A stretch of 64,000 bases of DNA, taken from the NCBI RefSeq assembly GCF_009914755.1, contig NC_060929.1. One strand, 5' to 3'. The DNA is from the human T2T-CHM13v2.0 reference genome, Homo sapiens. Under the pieces are notes generated by a model. The model had not been told where the DNA came from, did not search any database, and saw only the letters and a program-made list of their open reading frames with translations. Of the stretch, positions 40,151 to 51,342 are shown piece by piece; the stretch's first letter is position 1, and each line of letters opens with the position of its first letter. The position numbers and the translations under genes were made by a program.

Positions 40151-41040
40151 TTATATAAAGTCATCAACGCAATAAAAGAGCTTTTTCATCTGTTAGGGGG
40201 AAACTGGCATCAGCTCCTGCCTAAAATTCTACCATCATTATTAGCAAATTTTCTGAGTGTAGGCTGAATGTCAGTTTGGTTATCTGGATACCCAACTCCA
40301 CATAAATTTATTGAATGAATGAAGAAGATCCTAGAATTTTTGTTTTCTTTTTTATCTGATATAGGATTCAGCTGATACATTCTTACAATAACTAGTCTAG
40401 CCACTTTTGTAGGAATAAGAGTGAGAAAGAGAGGGCTTTCATACTCATTTCAAATGTAATGTGTAATCCTTAGCACAACCAGTGGAGAAGAGATGAGAGC
40501 AAAAGTTGGAAGTATTACTTTTATGCTTAAGGTTTAACTAAGATAGGAAATTTGCAGGCTATGTTAAATGCATTGCATGACTGTCAAATACCCATAGTCT
40601 CCCATGCTGGAAGTTTGCCTTTAATAAAAACAGTAGACAGGTATTGGAATTTATCAAGACTCCAGCCTTAGCACGTAAGATTTGTATTAGAAAAAGGGGG
40701 CTCTTTTGCAAATATGATATACACAAAGGCACTGTCTCTAGACAGACCTTTCTCAGGACTTTTAGCTTGCCATATCAAAAAACGTTGGATTTCGATTTGC
40801 ACTCATGCCCCTTGGCCTAGCTACTTTGTGCATGACATAACCAGTTCAGCCTTATACAGGTGCCCTGGACAGAAATTTTATCCTTTATATTTGAAGGAAT
40901 ATTTTTGTTTTGGCCATTAGTAGACACTCAATAAATTTCTCAGTTGATAGAGTGCCTGCAACACATGTTTCTAATCATTATTTACTGTTAAATGGCTTTA
41001 AAAAGAAGTAAATGCACATATATGACAACATACTTTTAAG

Positions 41041-41080
41041 AAGGAAAAGGATTTTGGCCAAAGGAAAAGGATATTGGCCC
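41041..41080. repeat. 20-bp tandem duplication (2 mismatches)
   Basis: aaggaaaaggattttggcca / aaggaaaaggatattggccc. Confidence 0.85.
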
Positions 41081-41875
41081 AAACCAAGACCTAGAATAAC
41101 TTACCGTATAGAAATCAAGTACTCACAGTAGACTACAGATTGAACATTCATTAACCTTATAGGCGCTGCTGATAAATAAGCCTACAAACAGTTAAGGATC
41201 TTAAATGATCTTTTCACCACATTCAGCATGCCTTACCAGTTTCATGCCTTATATTTTTGGAAGATTATTGAACATTGAGTGGGTATGAAAAAATAGACAA
41301 AAGAGCAAGGATATTTTCTTTTTTCAGAAAAGGACAAGAACAAAGTAATTGTAAAGAGACAATAACAACCAGTTTTCAGACTTTAGTGAAATACCATGGA
41401 TTCAGTTTCACTAAAGATATAATTCAAATATTAGTACAGTCATTGGCCGTTAGAATTGGTAAAGACTTGGCTATGCTATCCTTTCTTAAATACTGGATGA
41501 ATAATGACCTAGGGAATTAAATATTTAAACAAACGTATCTCAGGGTTGGTGGTCCCTTAATTCCAGTTGGCTAACATTTTTTCAGTTTCTTCTTGTTTGC
41601 TGATGAATAACTAACAGAGAATGGACTATTTAAATCAAGTTATATAAATTTAATGTACTCAATACATTAGGTTATATAGGGTTATCTGTAACCAATTAAG
41701 GTCCTAATTCTACTAAATTAAAAGTCACCAGAGAATGAAAAAGACAATGCCCTATCTATTTATTGTTAAGAAGCTGGTTCCTTAAATTGTGCTGTTACTA
41801 TACTTTATTTTCTAAGATATTATTTGCTATTCAACCTCTCTTCTAGTTAAGAGTATAATTCTTTGTTTTGCTAAA

Positions 41876-42224
41876 ACTTTTTAAATACATGATATTTATA
41901 TACCCATTATTATTGGGTACATGTGATATTTTGATATACAAATAGAATGTGTAGCAATCAAGTCAGGGATTTAGGGTATCTACCACCTCAAACATTTATC
42001 ATTTCTTTGTGTTGGGAACATTTCAAGTCCTCTCTTTTAGCTATTTTGAAATATACATTATTGTTGACTATCAGCACCCTATTGTGCTATCAAACATCAG
42101 ACTGTATCTCTTCTATTTGGCTGTGTGTTTGTGCCCATTAACCAACCTGTCTTCATCCCTTCTTCCCACTTCACGCCATTCCCAGCCTCTAGTAACTATC
42201 ATTATACTCTCTGCCTCCATGAGA
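41876..42224 (-). mobile_element. L1MA 3' end fragment
   Basis: 'gggtacatgtgatattttgata...caaacatttatcatttctttgtgttgggaacatttcaagtcctctcttttagctattttgaaatatac...ttcccagcctctagtaactatcattatactctctgcctccatgagat'. Confidence 0.85.
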
Positions 42225-44034
42225 TTATGGTAACTCTTAAATATTGGAAACTGGAACTCAAGACAGAGTGTTCTTGAATTTTCTTTGTATTCTTTGGAGT
42301 TTTTTGTTAATGGAAATACTTGTGGTTTTTCTTATCTATAGAGCACTGCTTTCAGATTTTTCTTAAATAGAAATATGTTTGATTACTGTATTAAAGATTT
42401 CACGCTCTTCAAATGCAGATAGTCCATTTACTGTGCCTTGGAATAGCAGAAGCTTTGACATCTTGGGATTATTACTCACTTTTAAAAAAATTAATGCCAT
42501 CATATAATCTCAAAGTGTTCATTAGCTGTTCAGTCACTTGTGGATTTTTTAAAATATATTTATGCGATGGTCAACACTTCATCCACAGACAAATTATTTA
42601 AAATACAAGTTATCAGGTAATACCAGTGTGTTAAATTATTTTTACTAATAGGACAATATGAGAAATTGTAGAATAAACAATTTGCAACTGCTTGGCTGGA
42701 GGCAGGTCCTTCTTGTTGTTCTCGTATTAGTATGTAATGAAATCCATTTTCAGTACACCTTGACTTAAAAGAAGAAAGAGTATTGAACAGGGGTGAAGGA
42801 TGTCCTTAGATCTATGTGCAAATTATAGCCCTGCAACCTGGGCAGATCTCCTCATTTCTTTTGGCTTTTCTTTGTCCTCTTATAAAACGGACATGCAAAT
42901 CCATAGTTATCATGAGTAGTAAAGTGGATGTTTTAGGTGTTATGAATATTAAATTTGATGGTTTTAGGCCTATTTTAGATGTCACCCTCGTAGGATGCCT
43001 TCCCTGATCTGCTTCATTGATTGGTATAGGTGCCTCTACTCTATCTTCTCTTTGCACATGGGGCATATTTTTGTCATAACATCCAACATAATCATTTGCT
43101 TTCTTGTCTACCCCCAGCTTCACCCTCTATACTGTGAGTTCCAAAAATCACTGTATTTTCATCTCTGTATTTCCAGGTCATCATACAGTGGCTGGTACAA
43201 AATAGATGCTTAGATTCTACTGAAAAAAAATGATTAACAACAAAAGAAGTTGGACAATCTCAATATTTTCTTAAGACAAATACAGTAGTTTCTCCAAGTG
43301 TATTATTTATGAAAGAAATTAGCTTTTCTTTATATCTCCAGTGAAAATGAAAACATATTTTAAAATTTTGCAGTACTTATATTACAGCGTAATGCTACAG
43401 TCTGGAGGTACAAGTATCTGTTATATTAAGCTTGGGTGAGAAAACACTCAAGAAAGGAATTAGTGTTATGACCTTCTGAAGTATGGAATTAGAAGGTTAG
43501 AACGAGGGTGTGGAGGGCATTTGATTATGAATTTTTAAGCCAGAGGTCGCTTTAGAAAAATCTACCTAAAATGCATCATGGTTTATTAAAACAAACAAAC
43601 AAACACCCAACATATGGATCTGCATTATGATTAACCCAAAGTGGCAGGTCCCTCGCAGGCAGCCTTGACTCATGCTGCAAGCCCACCTTCAGGCCATATT
43701 CAACACTTGGGTGAATCTTCTTTAGCTGAACAACGAAATGTGATGGGAAGACACTGGTATTTTGTTAGAATATTTTATGGGGAGAAGGGCAAAGGGCTTT
43801 ACCTACCATATAGAAAAAATGCACACAGTTCTGTGTTATACACTTTTTGTTTTAAAAAGCCTCTCAGGCTTCTGTCAGCACACCTCTTCTCTCTTCCCAC
43901 CAAGACTCTAGCAATCTTCTATTTACAGGAGCCATACAAATCTGGCTCTAAACTCACGCTGGCCACCCAACATACCAACACCTGGAAGCTAGCAGACACC
44001 ACTGATTTAGAAAGCAGTTAAAGAGACTGCGTTG

Positions 44035-44296
44035 CCGTGGTTTTCAACTTTTACATCTGTCTCTGAGTTAGAAAAATAATTTACACTGTGATCAAGAACA
44101 CATATATACTCAGGAATATAATTGAAATAAAATCTTTGTAAAATAATTTTTACAATGGACTTATATTTTTCTCTCCTCCTATTCTAACTCCTTCCTTCTC
44201 GTCTCTTCTCTTGTCCTGAAGTGTTTAATGTTTTTAAAAAGATACTACTAGTCTGGACCCAGCAGTTTCTCTATATTAGCAGTTTGAAAACAGTGT
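44035..44296. mobile_element. hAT-Charlie-type non-autonomous DNA transposon relic
   Basis: Imperfect TIRs 'ccgtggttttcaac' ... 'gtttgaaaacagtg' around an internal region typical of Charlie MITEs. Confidence 0.5.
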
Positions 44297-44899
44297 TTTA
44301 CTATTGTTTACACGTGGTTTTCAGACTCTCAGTCCACATCTCAAGCATCTTATCAAGGTGTTTATACCACTACAAACAGGGATTTTGAGCGGGGAGTGGG
44401 TAGGGAGGATGCTTCTACTATTAAAAAGTAGCATTTAAAAAATATTATTACCTAAGAAACTTGACAACAGAGGAAATAAAGCTGCCTAATATTGATTATT
44501 TAGTGCTTCCTTTGAGATATGCTATTTTTAACCTCTTTGCCCAGTTCCTCTTTCCTGGGTCCAGGCAGAAAATGCCTTTAGCCTTGAAAAGCACTGTGCT
44601 TCTCATGTTCCCTAGGGCCACTGGCCTGCTAAGGTTTCTCTTCCTGAAAGGCAAAGCCTTTTTTATTATTAATGTTTCTTCAAATCCCAACTATACAATC
44701 ACTAAAAAGTGGAAAAATGATAAAATATGTGTAAATCCATGTTTAATTTGTCACTTATTCATCACTGAAAACATTCCTTATCTATCTCTTTCTCATATGC
44801 ACAGTTGTCTTCCTTCGAATTCTCAGGAATGTTTCTGCCTGATGCTTATGTAAGTTATCACAAGCTGTTTCCATATTGGCCATGGGGGACATACTGTTT

Positions 44900-45196
44900 G
44901 CTTGTTTGTTTGTTTTTAAATGGAGTCTTGCTCTGTCACCCAGGCTGGAGTGCAGTGGCGTGATCTCGGCTCATTGCAACCTCCACTTCCTGGATTCAAG
45001 GGATTCTGCTGCCTAGCATCCCCAGTAGCTGGGATTATGGACATGTGCCACGATGCCCGGCTTATTTTTGTATTTTAGTAGAGACTGGGTTTCACCATGT
45101 TGGCCAGGTTGATCTCAAACTCCTGACCTCAAATTATCTGCTCACGTCGGCCTCCCAAAGTGCTGGGATTACAGGCATGAGCCACCGTGCCTGGCC
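44900..45196 (-). mobile_element. AluS (Sz-like) with (GTTT)n-derived tail
   Basis: 'tggagtcttgctctgtcacccaggctggagtgcagtggcgtgatctcggc...gagccaccgtgcctggcc'. Degenerate TSD gacatactgttt/gatatattgttt. Confidence 0.95.
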
Positions 45197-47059
45197 AGAG
45201 ATATATTGTTTAGACGCATCATTGGTCTCACTGCCACCACTCCCTTTACAGGTGGCAGCAGGTTGAGGTTACATTGTAATTTATCATCGTTAACATATGT
45301 GTGGATATATGAAGGGCACTATGGGGATTTTACATAAATATGGAGCAGCGTGGTTCATGCCTTTAAGGACATTAAAATAAAATTCAATCGGAAGCAGTCA
45401 CCATATGCAATGCTTAATCATGTAATACGGTGGCCATTTGCTGATGGTTCGACACCATATTTCCAAAGTATTAGTGCTTTCACATGACTCAATCAGCTTC
45501 TGCGAAGTTATGCAAAAATTGTTGAACGTGGAGCCTTTTATGTTTTCCTATTTCTGCTACCAAATTCATTTAATAGAAATAACTCTTTGAGTAAGTGCAC
45601 TTGCCTACTGTGGAAAACACTTTATTTGGTGGCAATGTTGAAACAGCCAATATGAATTATAGGCATTTATTGCAATAGAATCAAGAAACCTATTTCCCCC
45701 TTCAAAATCAATAGAAAAATTGCTACTTCCACTAGGTATTCTTTGTCTTTGTAAAGACAAATGACAGTGCATTCAATTTCAGGGTAGTTGAAACATTTCT
45801 CAACTGGCAAAGTTGTTTGGTCTTCTATTTTACCTGTGCAGATAAAAGGATCCTTTTGCATCTCAAAGGCTAGAGGCAATATTTTTCACAAATAAATAGC
45901 ATACTAAAGTGATTGTTAATTTTTTAAAAATTAGCCTTTTGAAAAGAGATAGAGAGCACTGAATTTCTGACAGTAAACATTAATGTTTCTTTATCAAAAT
46001 CTTAAAGTCATGTGTGCAAAGCTGATAGATGTTTTAAAATTCAGGTTATATAGAGATAATATTTTCCATTCATGAAGTTATTAGTAATACTTTATAAAAA
46101 ACACAAATTTCAGCCTATGCAGACTTTTCTTCTTGGAATTTGAAATGCTTTTATTATTTTTGAATCTAGAATCAGTAGTCTTAAAAGTTTTATACTTGAA
46201 AATTTTCTGTTGGATAATTATTAAATATTTTGCTGTCACAATAAAATTGTACCCTGTATAGATGTTGTCATGATTCCTTATTAGCGCTACTGAAAATTTA
46301 TATGTATAATTTCTCTTATTTAATAAAAGCACATTTATTGTTTGTTTATGAGTATGTGCAAAAATTAGGCAAACAACGGAATCCCATTGATCTGCTGATA
46401 TTAAAATGCATTTAAATGGGAATGTGTATGAGTACATAAACGTGATTAGTCAGTTCTGGGAGCTATCAGAAACTCACTGAAGCTCAAATAAGTAGTAACC
46501 TTTCATATCTTAATTCCTCCCTAAATTGTTTGCATCCTAAGAAAATGTCAAAACAATAGCAAGTACACAGATTTAGTATTTCACCAGTGACTTCCAGAGA
46601 GCTAGAAACAGGATTTATGAAGAATCCACGTTATGATTTTCATTATTCAATAGCTAATGTTACATGGATAAATACATTATTACTGTTATATTATTGCTTA
46701 CTACTGACTGGATTTCTTCATCATACTCCTGAGCATCATGAACTGAAAAAACTATAGAAATGATAGCAATATCATCTGATTAACAATGGGCAGATCAGTC
46801 CTGGTGCACAATGCTTTATACATGAGGCCAAAAATGACTTTGGATTAAGAATATTCTAGTAAAACTTCTGCATCTAAAAGGAGCAGGAAGAATGCATACA
46901 TTTTAATAATCTTCAAAAGACCAGTTTAGCTAATATCAATATATATTTAGAGGTTGTTGTAATTTCTATTTTTTCTGTATCCGTTCAACTGTCCTGTGCA
47001 AGGCAAAAATGAACCAAGTATGTGGTCAAGAGTAGTGGGCATTCACATTCAGACAATTT

Positions 47060-49927
47060 GTGTATTCTTATAAATGTGTTTAATTACAACTGCTTCAAAA
47101 GAATCCCAGCTTTTCAAAAGTTTATTTTAAGTTTGGAGACTAGACAAGGTCATACTGGTTTTACATCCTACGTGATATAAGTATATATACAAAGAAAAAA
47201 ACAACATTGGAATATTACACAGCTTGAAGGTTTGCAAAGGTTATTTGTGTCTTAGTTATTTCTGCACTTAATGACACATCAGACGCATTGAGTATATTTC
47301 ATAAGTTGTTGACTAGCAAAGATACAATCATTAGTAACCCAAGTCTTCAAAATTCACACCAAACTTTATGAAGTCATTCAGAAAGAGAAAGTCAATCCTA
47401 AAATTAAAATTGGCAACTATGATAAATACCTTCAAAAGGATGTAGATATAATGGAGATGTTTAAAAGTTTAGTTTCATTAATTGTAAAATTAGCATGTTA
47501 TATTTACTCAATATAGTGAAGACTAGGTGATTCTTACATGTATTCTACTTATGGTACTGTACTGGTTTTAGTGTGAATTTACATAGAATAAATTTACTTC
47601 ACTTTCATGTCATCGACATGAATGACACAAAAGCTACTTCATAATACTACTTTACAATAGTTTTCAACATTTCCATATGGTGCGACCCCTTTGCTCTCAT
47701 CAATTTTGGGTGTCATGAGAACAATAGGTATCCCGTTGGACATGATGTATTGCGAAGAGCATATAAAGCAGAGGGAAAATGAAAAAGCAAGAGAAACTCA
47801 TTTCAATGCTTTTTCTAAAAGGTAACAAATATAATTTTAATCAACTTCCTTGGAAAATATTTTTAAAACAGGTATCAATAGAAAAAATTACAAAACATCA
47901 TATGAAGCTATAAATAATTTTGAAAAACTATATCATCATAAAGCATAAGTAATAATCTTAAAAATACACTCTTAAGAAGGTATGTAATTTGCAAAGGAAA
48001 ATGGCTAGATATCTGATGGGACAGTAAACCTTGAAAGAAACTGGCTAAAGAGTAAGTGTGTGTATATTTCTGAACCTAAGTAATTATTTGTCACGACTTT
48101 AAAATTTAGCCAGTTACAAATATTTTAAAATCCTAACTTTAAAGTTATCTAAAAAAGGCAATATGGAGGAAATAGTAATTTTGTTTTTGAAAGATGTTGA
48201 AAACTGATCACCATTTCAGAGGCTTCAAATTCATAATTTCATAATAAGAACAAGAAGTAGAAAGCATATGGGCAAGGAACAAATATGTGGCCAGCCAGTC
48301 CCCTTAGACGAACTAATTTTGTTCTTATTAAAAATGCCAATACAATTGACTTTCTCTTTAAATTCTTCACTATGATTGAAGACCACTCCATATATACATC
48401 ATTAAGAAATGCTGTTAACACATGGACAGACAAGACAGTAACAGTCTAGTGGCTTTTGTTATGCAGCACAAATATTAAAGGAAAAAAATAGCAGTGTTGC
48501 GTAGGATCTTAACATTTCATACACATACCATCCTTTCTTTTCCAATACACTTAATTTAAAACTCCAATAATTCTGTCTAAGCCTTATAAAATAAATACTT
48601 GTAAAGCTTATAAATTAGATGTTGAAGACTTTTATGGAGGCAGTGTGAGCTTTAATTTGAGAGACATGTCAATGAAACCTCCAGTATCAATAACAAATTG
48701 TTATGATAATTGCTTATTTTTTCAGGACCTTTGAAGCAAAATAAATAGAAATCAGTTTTCATCTTGAAAATGGTTTACTACTTTGTCATTAGTAAACACT
48801 TTGCTTCTCACAAATAACTCCACCTGTGCCTTCCTGGGAAACTACCACCAGTTTCAAATCTCAATAAGATGTTAGTTTCACAGGAAATGTGGAGCTGAAC
48901 AAAGAAATGATGAGTATGCTTGACCGAACTATGCAGCACTATATTAATATTTCTTTGCTAAATTTTTTATAAAATAAACAAATAAGCCGATTTTTTAAAG
49001 TAAATATAAGGATATGTAATTACCATCTAAATGAAGATTTAAATTTAAAGAGACATATATATTTTTTGTTCTTTTGTGCAAACTGAGAGTATGGGATTCT
49101 TTATGAAGCAATTATTTGGAAATTAAATAGTTATGGCTTCCTTCAAAAATAAAACTGCAGATTTAATTAACGAATATTAAATACAGATCAATCTACTGAT
49201 AGGCAGTCATGTTCTACATATATGAGTAAACATGACACTTCTTTTAGTCAACTAATAGGAAATTCAATTAGAAAAAAATTGAATTATTCAGGTAATATAC
49301 AATATTAAGAATGTAGAATAGAACTAAAAGAAAAAGAAGTCACATAATCTCTTATTAGAAATAATGAAAGTAAAATGAGAATTATAATATCAGTACTGCA
49401 TGTTACATATTCTTCTTTAAAATTTTGTAATAAACATTGACAGTGTTTGGTAGGCACAGGGAAACAGGATAACGTAGAGTCATTACAGAAGAAAAAAACT
49501 TATTGCTAACATTGCAGTATTCCTTTTATCAGAATTAGGTGAGTATTGATTGTAAAAGCTCTATCAACTCTTGCTCTTATTTGATGACTTTGAGACTTTT
49601 TTACTCTTGCTATAAAAAGAAGGCTACTTTCTTTCCCTAATATATTTCTACCAATGCGAATAATTCAGGAAACAATGAGAGAAAAGTAATTCACACTTAA
49701 TGTGTTGTTACTTAAGAGATTTGACGGATAAAATAAAATCAAATTAAATCATTGAAAAGGCAGGCTTAGACCCCCTTAAAAACACCGTTAGTTGCCTACC
49801 ATAATTTGAGCACTTTTTCATGAAAAAAAAAAAAAAACCATTCAGTTTCCTACAGATTTTGCACAGTTCATTCCATGGAGATACTTTTAGGGAAATAGGG
49901 AAGAGGGTTGTGAAATGTAGCCTCCCC
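47060..49927 (-). other. EDIL3: EDIL3 3' UTR (~2.9 kb)
   Basis: Contiguous, AU-rich sequence without recognisable repeats, from the TGA stop to the poly(A) signals. The 3' end is inferred. Confidence 0.75.
47079..47126 (-). terminator. EDIL3: Tandem polyadenylation signals of EDIL3 (AATAAA at 47121-47126, ATTAAA at 47079-47084)
   Basis: Plus-strand tttatt and tttaat. An upstream UGUA element (UGUAUAUA, 47184-47191) lies ~60 nt before the AAUAAA, and GU-containing sequence follows. The exact cleavage site is not determinable. Confidence 0.65.
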
Positions 49928-50077
49928 TCATTCCTCCTCTGTGCAGCCCAGCAGCTCTGACCGCAATGTGATCCTCCCGTACCAGGACCAAGGAAGGATT
50001 CTTATGTGTCGTGCATAGATGGGAGGGTCGATGACATTTTTTCTGTGAGTGTCATTGTCAAAATTTCCCTGGAAAAC
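49928..50077 (-). CDS. EDIL3: EDIL3 (Del-1) terminal coding exon: C-terminal part of the second discoidin (F5/8 type C) domain
   Basis: Acceptor ...ttttctgctcttctttattAG|GTTTTC, phase 0, 150 nt = [49 protein letters not shown]. FxGN.D, ARxIRI.P and LR.ELLGC are discoidin-domain hallmarks, and the CTEEE end is the one I recall for EDIL3. Confidence 0.96.
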   Translation of the reverse strand, partial: VFQGNFDNDTHRKNVIDPPIYARHIRILPWSWYGRITLRSELLGCTEEE

Positions 50078-50106
50078 CTAATAAAGAAGAGCAGAAAAAT
50101 GTCAGT
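50078..50106 (-). promoter_or_regulatory. EDIL3: 3' splice site: branch point (ACTGAC, branch A at 50102, about -25), polypyrimidine tract, AG
   Basis: Minus strand reads gtgactgacatttttctgctcttctttattag|G. Confidence 0.8.
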
Positions 50107-50334
50107 CACACAGCCTTCTTTCTTTGAAATTATTTTTATGTTCCTGTTTGGAACATTTTCCCCAAACATGATATTTGATAACTATTCATTTTCTTTTCTT
50201 CAAAATATATTGCAGCTTCTTTTTAATAATAATTATTTTAAATTAAATGGTCAATTAATGTTTAAAGAGTTAAACCTTTATTGTTTAATGCAGACATTCA
50301 TAGGTCTATCATTTTCCTCTACTTGTTTCTCTCA

Positions 50335-50750
50335 ATTAAAAAAAATACAACAGGTATTCATTTTTTGCTTATGTCACAGGCTGACGTTAGTCATGTAGCT
50401 TGCTGAAGATGCTCTCTTCCACGGGGTGACTCAGAGATCCAAGCTGCTTGCAAAGTACAGCTATCATCTGGAGCAGGCGGCCTCCACATTCACAAGGGGC
50501 AAGGGGAGGGAGAGTTAGCAGACTGTGCAGAGTGTTTAAGAGAACAAGCATGGAAGCAGCTTATATCACTTCTGTATATATCTGTTTCACCTTACCTAAT
50601 TATATGACTCCAGCCTAACAGCAAAGGAGGCTGGGCACTGGAGAGAAGCACAAGGCTATCTGGTGAGCACTAACGGCCTCTATCACAGTGCCTTTTGCCC
50701 ACTTCTTCTCACATAGAGAATAAAACTAGCCCATCTCCAAATGAGACAAC
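50335..50750 (-). mobile_element. MLT1(I/J-like) LTR plus adjacent internal fragment
   Basis: 'gtgactcagagatccaagctg...gcttatatcacttctg...tatgactccagcctaacagcaaaggaggctggg...ggtgagcactaacggcctctatcaca' followed by int-like 'ttctcacatagagaataaa'. Confidence 0.65.
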
Positions 50751-51296
50751 ACAATCAATGCTGTTTTTGAACTGTTTTTCTCTTCTTTTTTGGCTTCATC
50801 TATTAATTCCTGGATCCATACAATACTATTGGGATGAATATGACTTATAATATCCTGACCCTTTGCATTGCACGTCTATTCTTCTTTCTTCTTTTGTAAA
50901 AATGCTTTTTTTTTTTTTTTTTTGGAGCTTTACTATTACTATGGCCACTTGCTCTTCCCCAAAAGACTTTCATAATAACTTGGACAAATGTCTGCTTCAG
51001 AAAACAAAACAAATTTAAAACACTGGGTCCCTGATAGGAATGGCATTAAATTATAAATTATGTTGGGGTAAACTGAGGTATTTATATTATTTAGTCTTTA
51101 TCTGAAGATTTTATCCTTTTTTTCTTATAGATTCTGAACATTTCTTATTAAAGTGATTTCTAACTATTTTATATCTACATTTTTAAAAATTTAGATTTAG
51201 TTTAGATTTTTAGATTTAGTTTAAATTTTTAGAGTAAAAATCTCTTCAACGCTTTCTGTTTTTGCTTTATGAAGCATCTTATAATTAGAAGATAAT

Positions 51297-51342
51297 TTTC
51301 TTTCTTGTTTGACATCAAATTTCTTTCTTGTTTGGCATCAAA
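51297..51342. repeat. 23-bp tandem duplication (1 mismatch)
   Basis: tttctttcttgtttgacatcaaa / tttctttcttgtttggcatcaaa. Confidence 0.9.

Noticed and set aside
47330-49792. Four QKI-like ACUAAY cores in the EDIL3 3'UTR (47330, 48788, 48871, 49787)
   Set aside because: Attractive for a glial transcript, but a rough composition estimate gives a similar number by chance in ~2.9 kb of AU-rich sequence.
50006-50398. 130-aa plus-strand ORF overlapping the EDIL3 exon
   Set aside because: Non-ATG start (GTG), F/L/I/N-rich composition typical of AT-rich intron. The minus strand carries the real coding signal.
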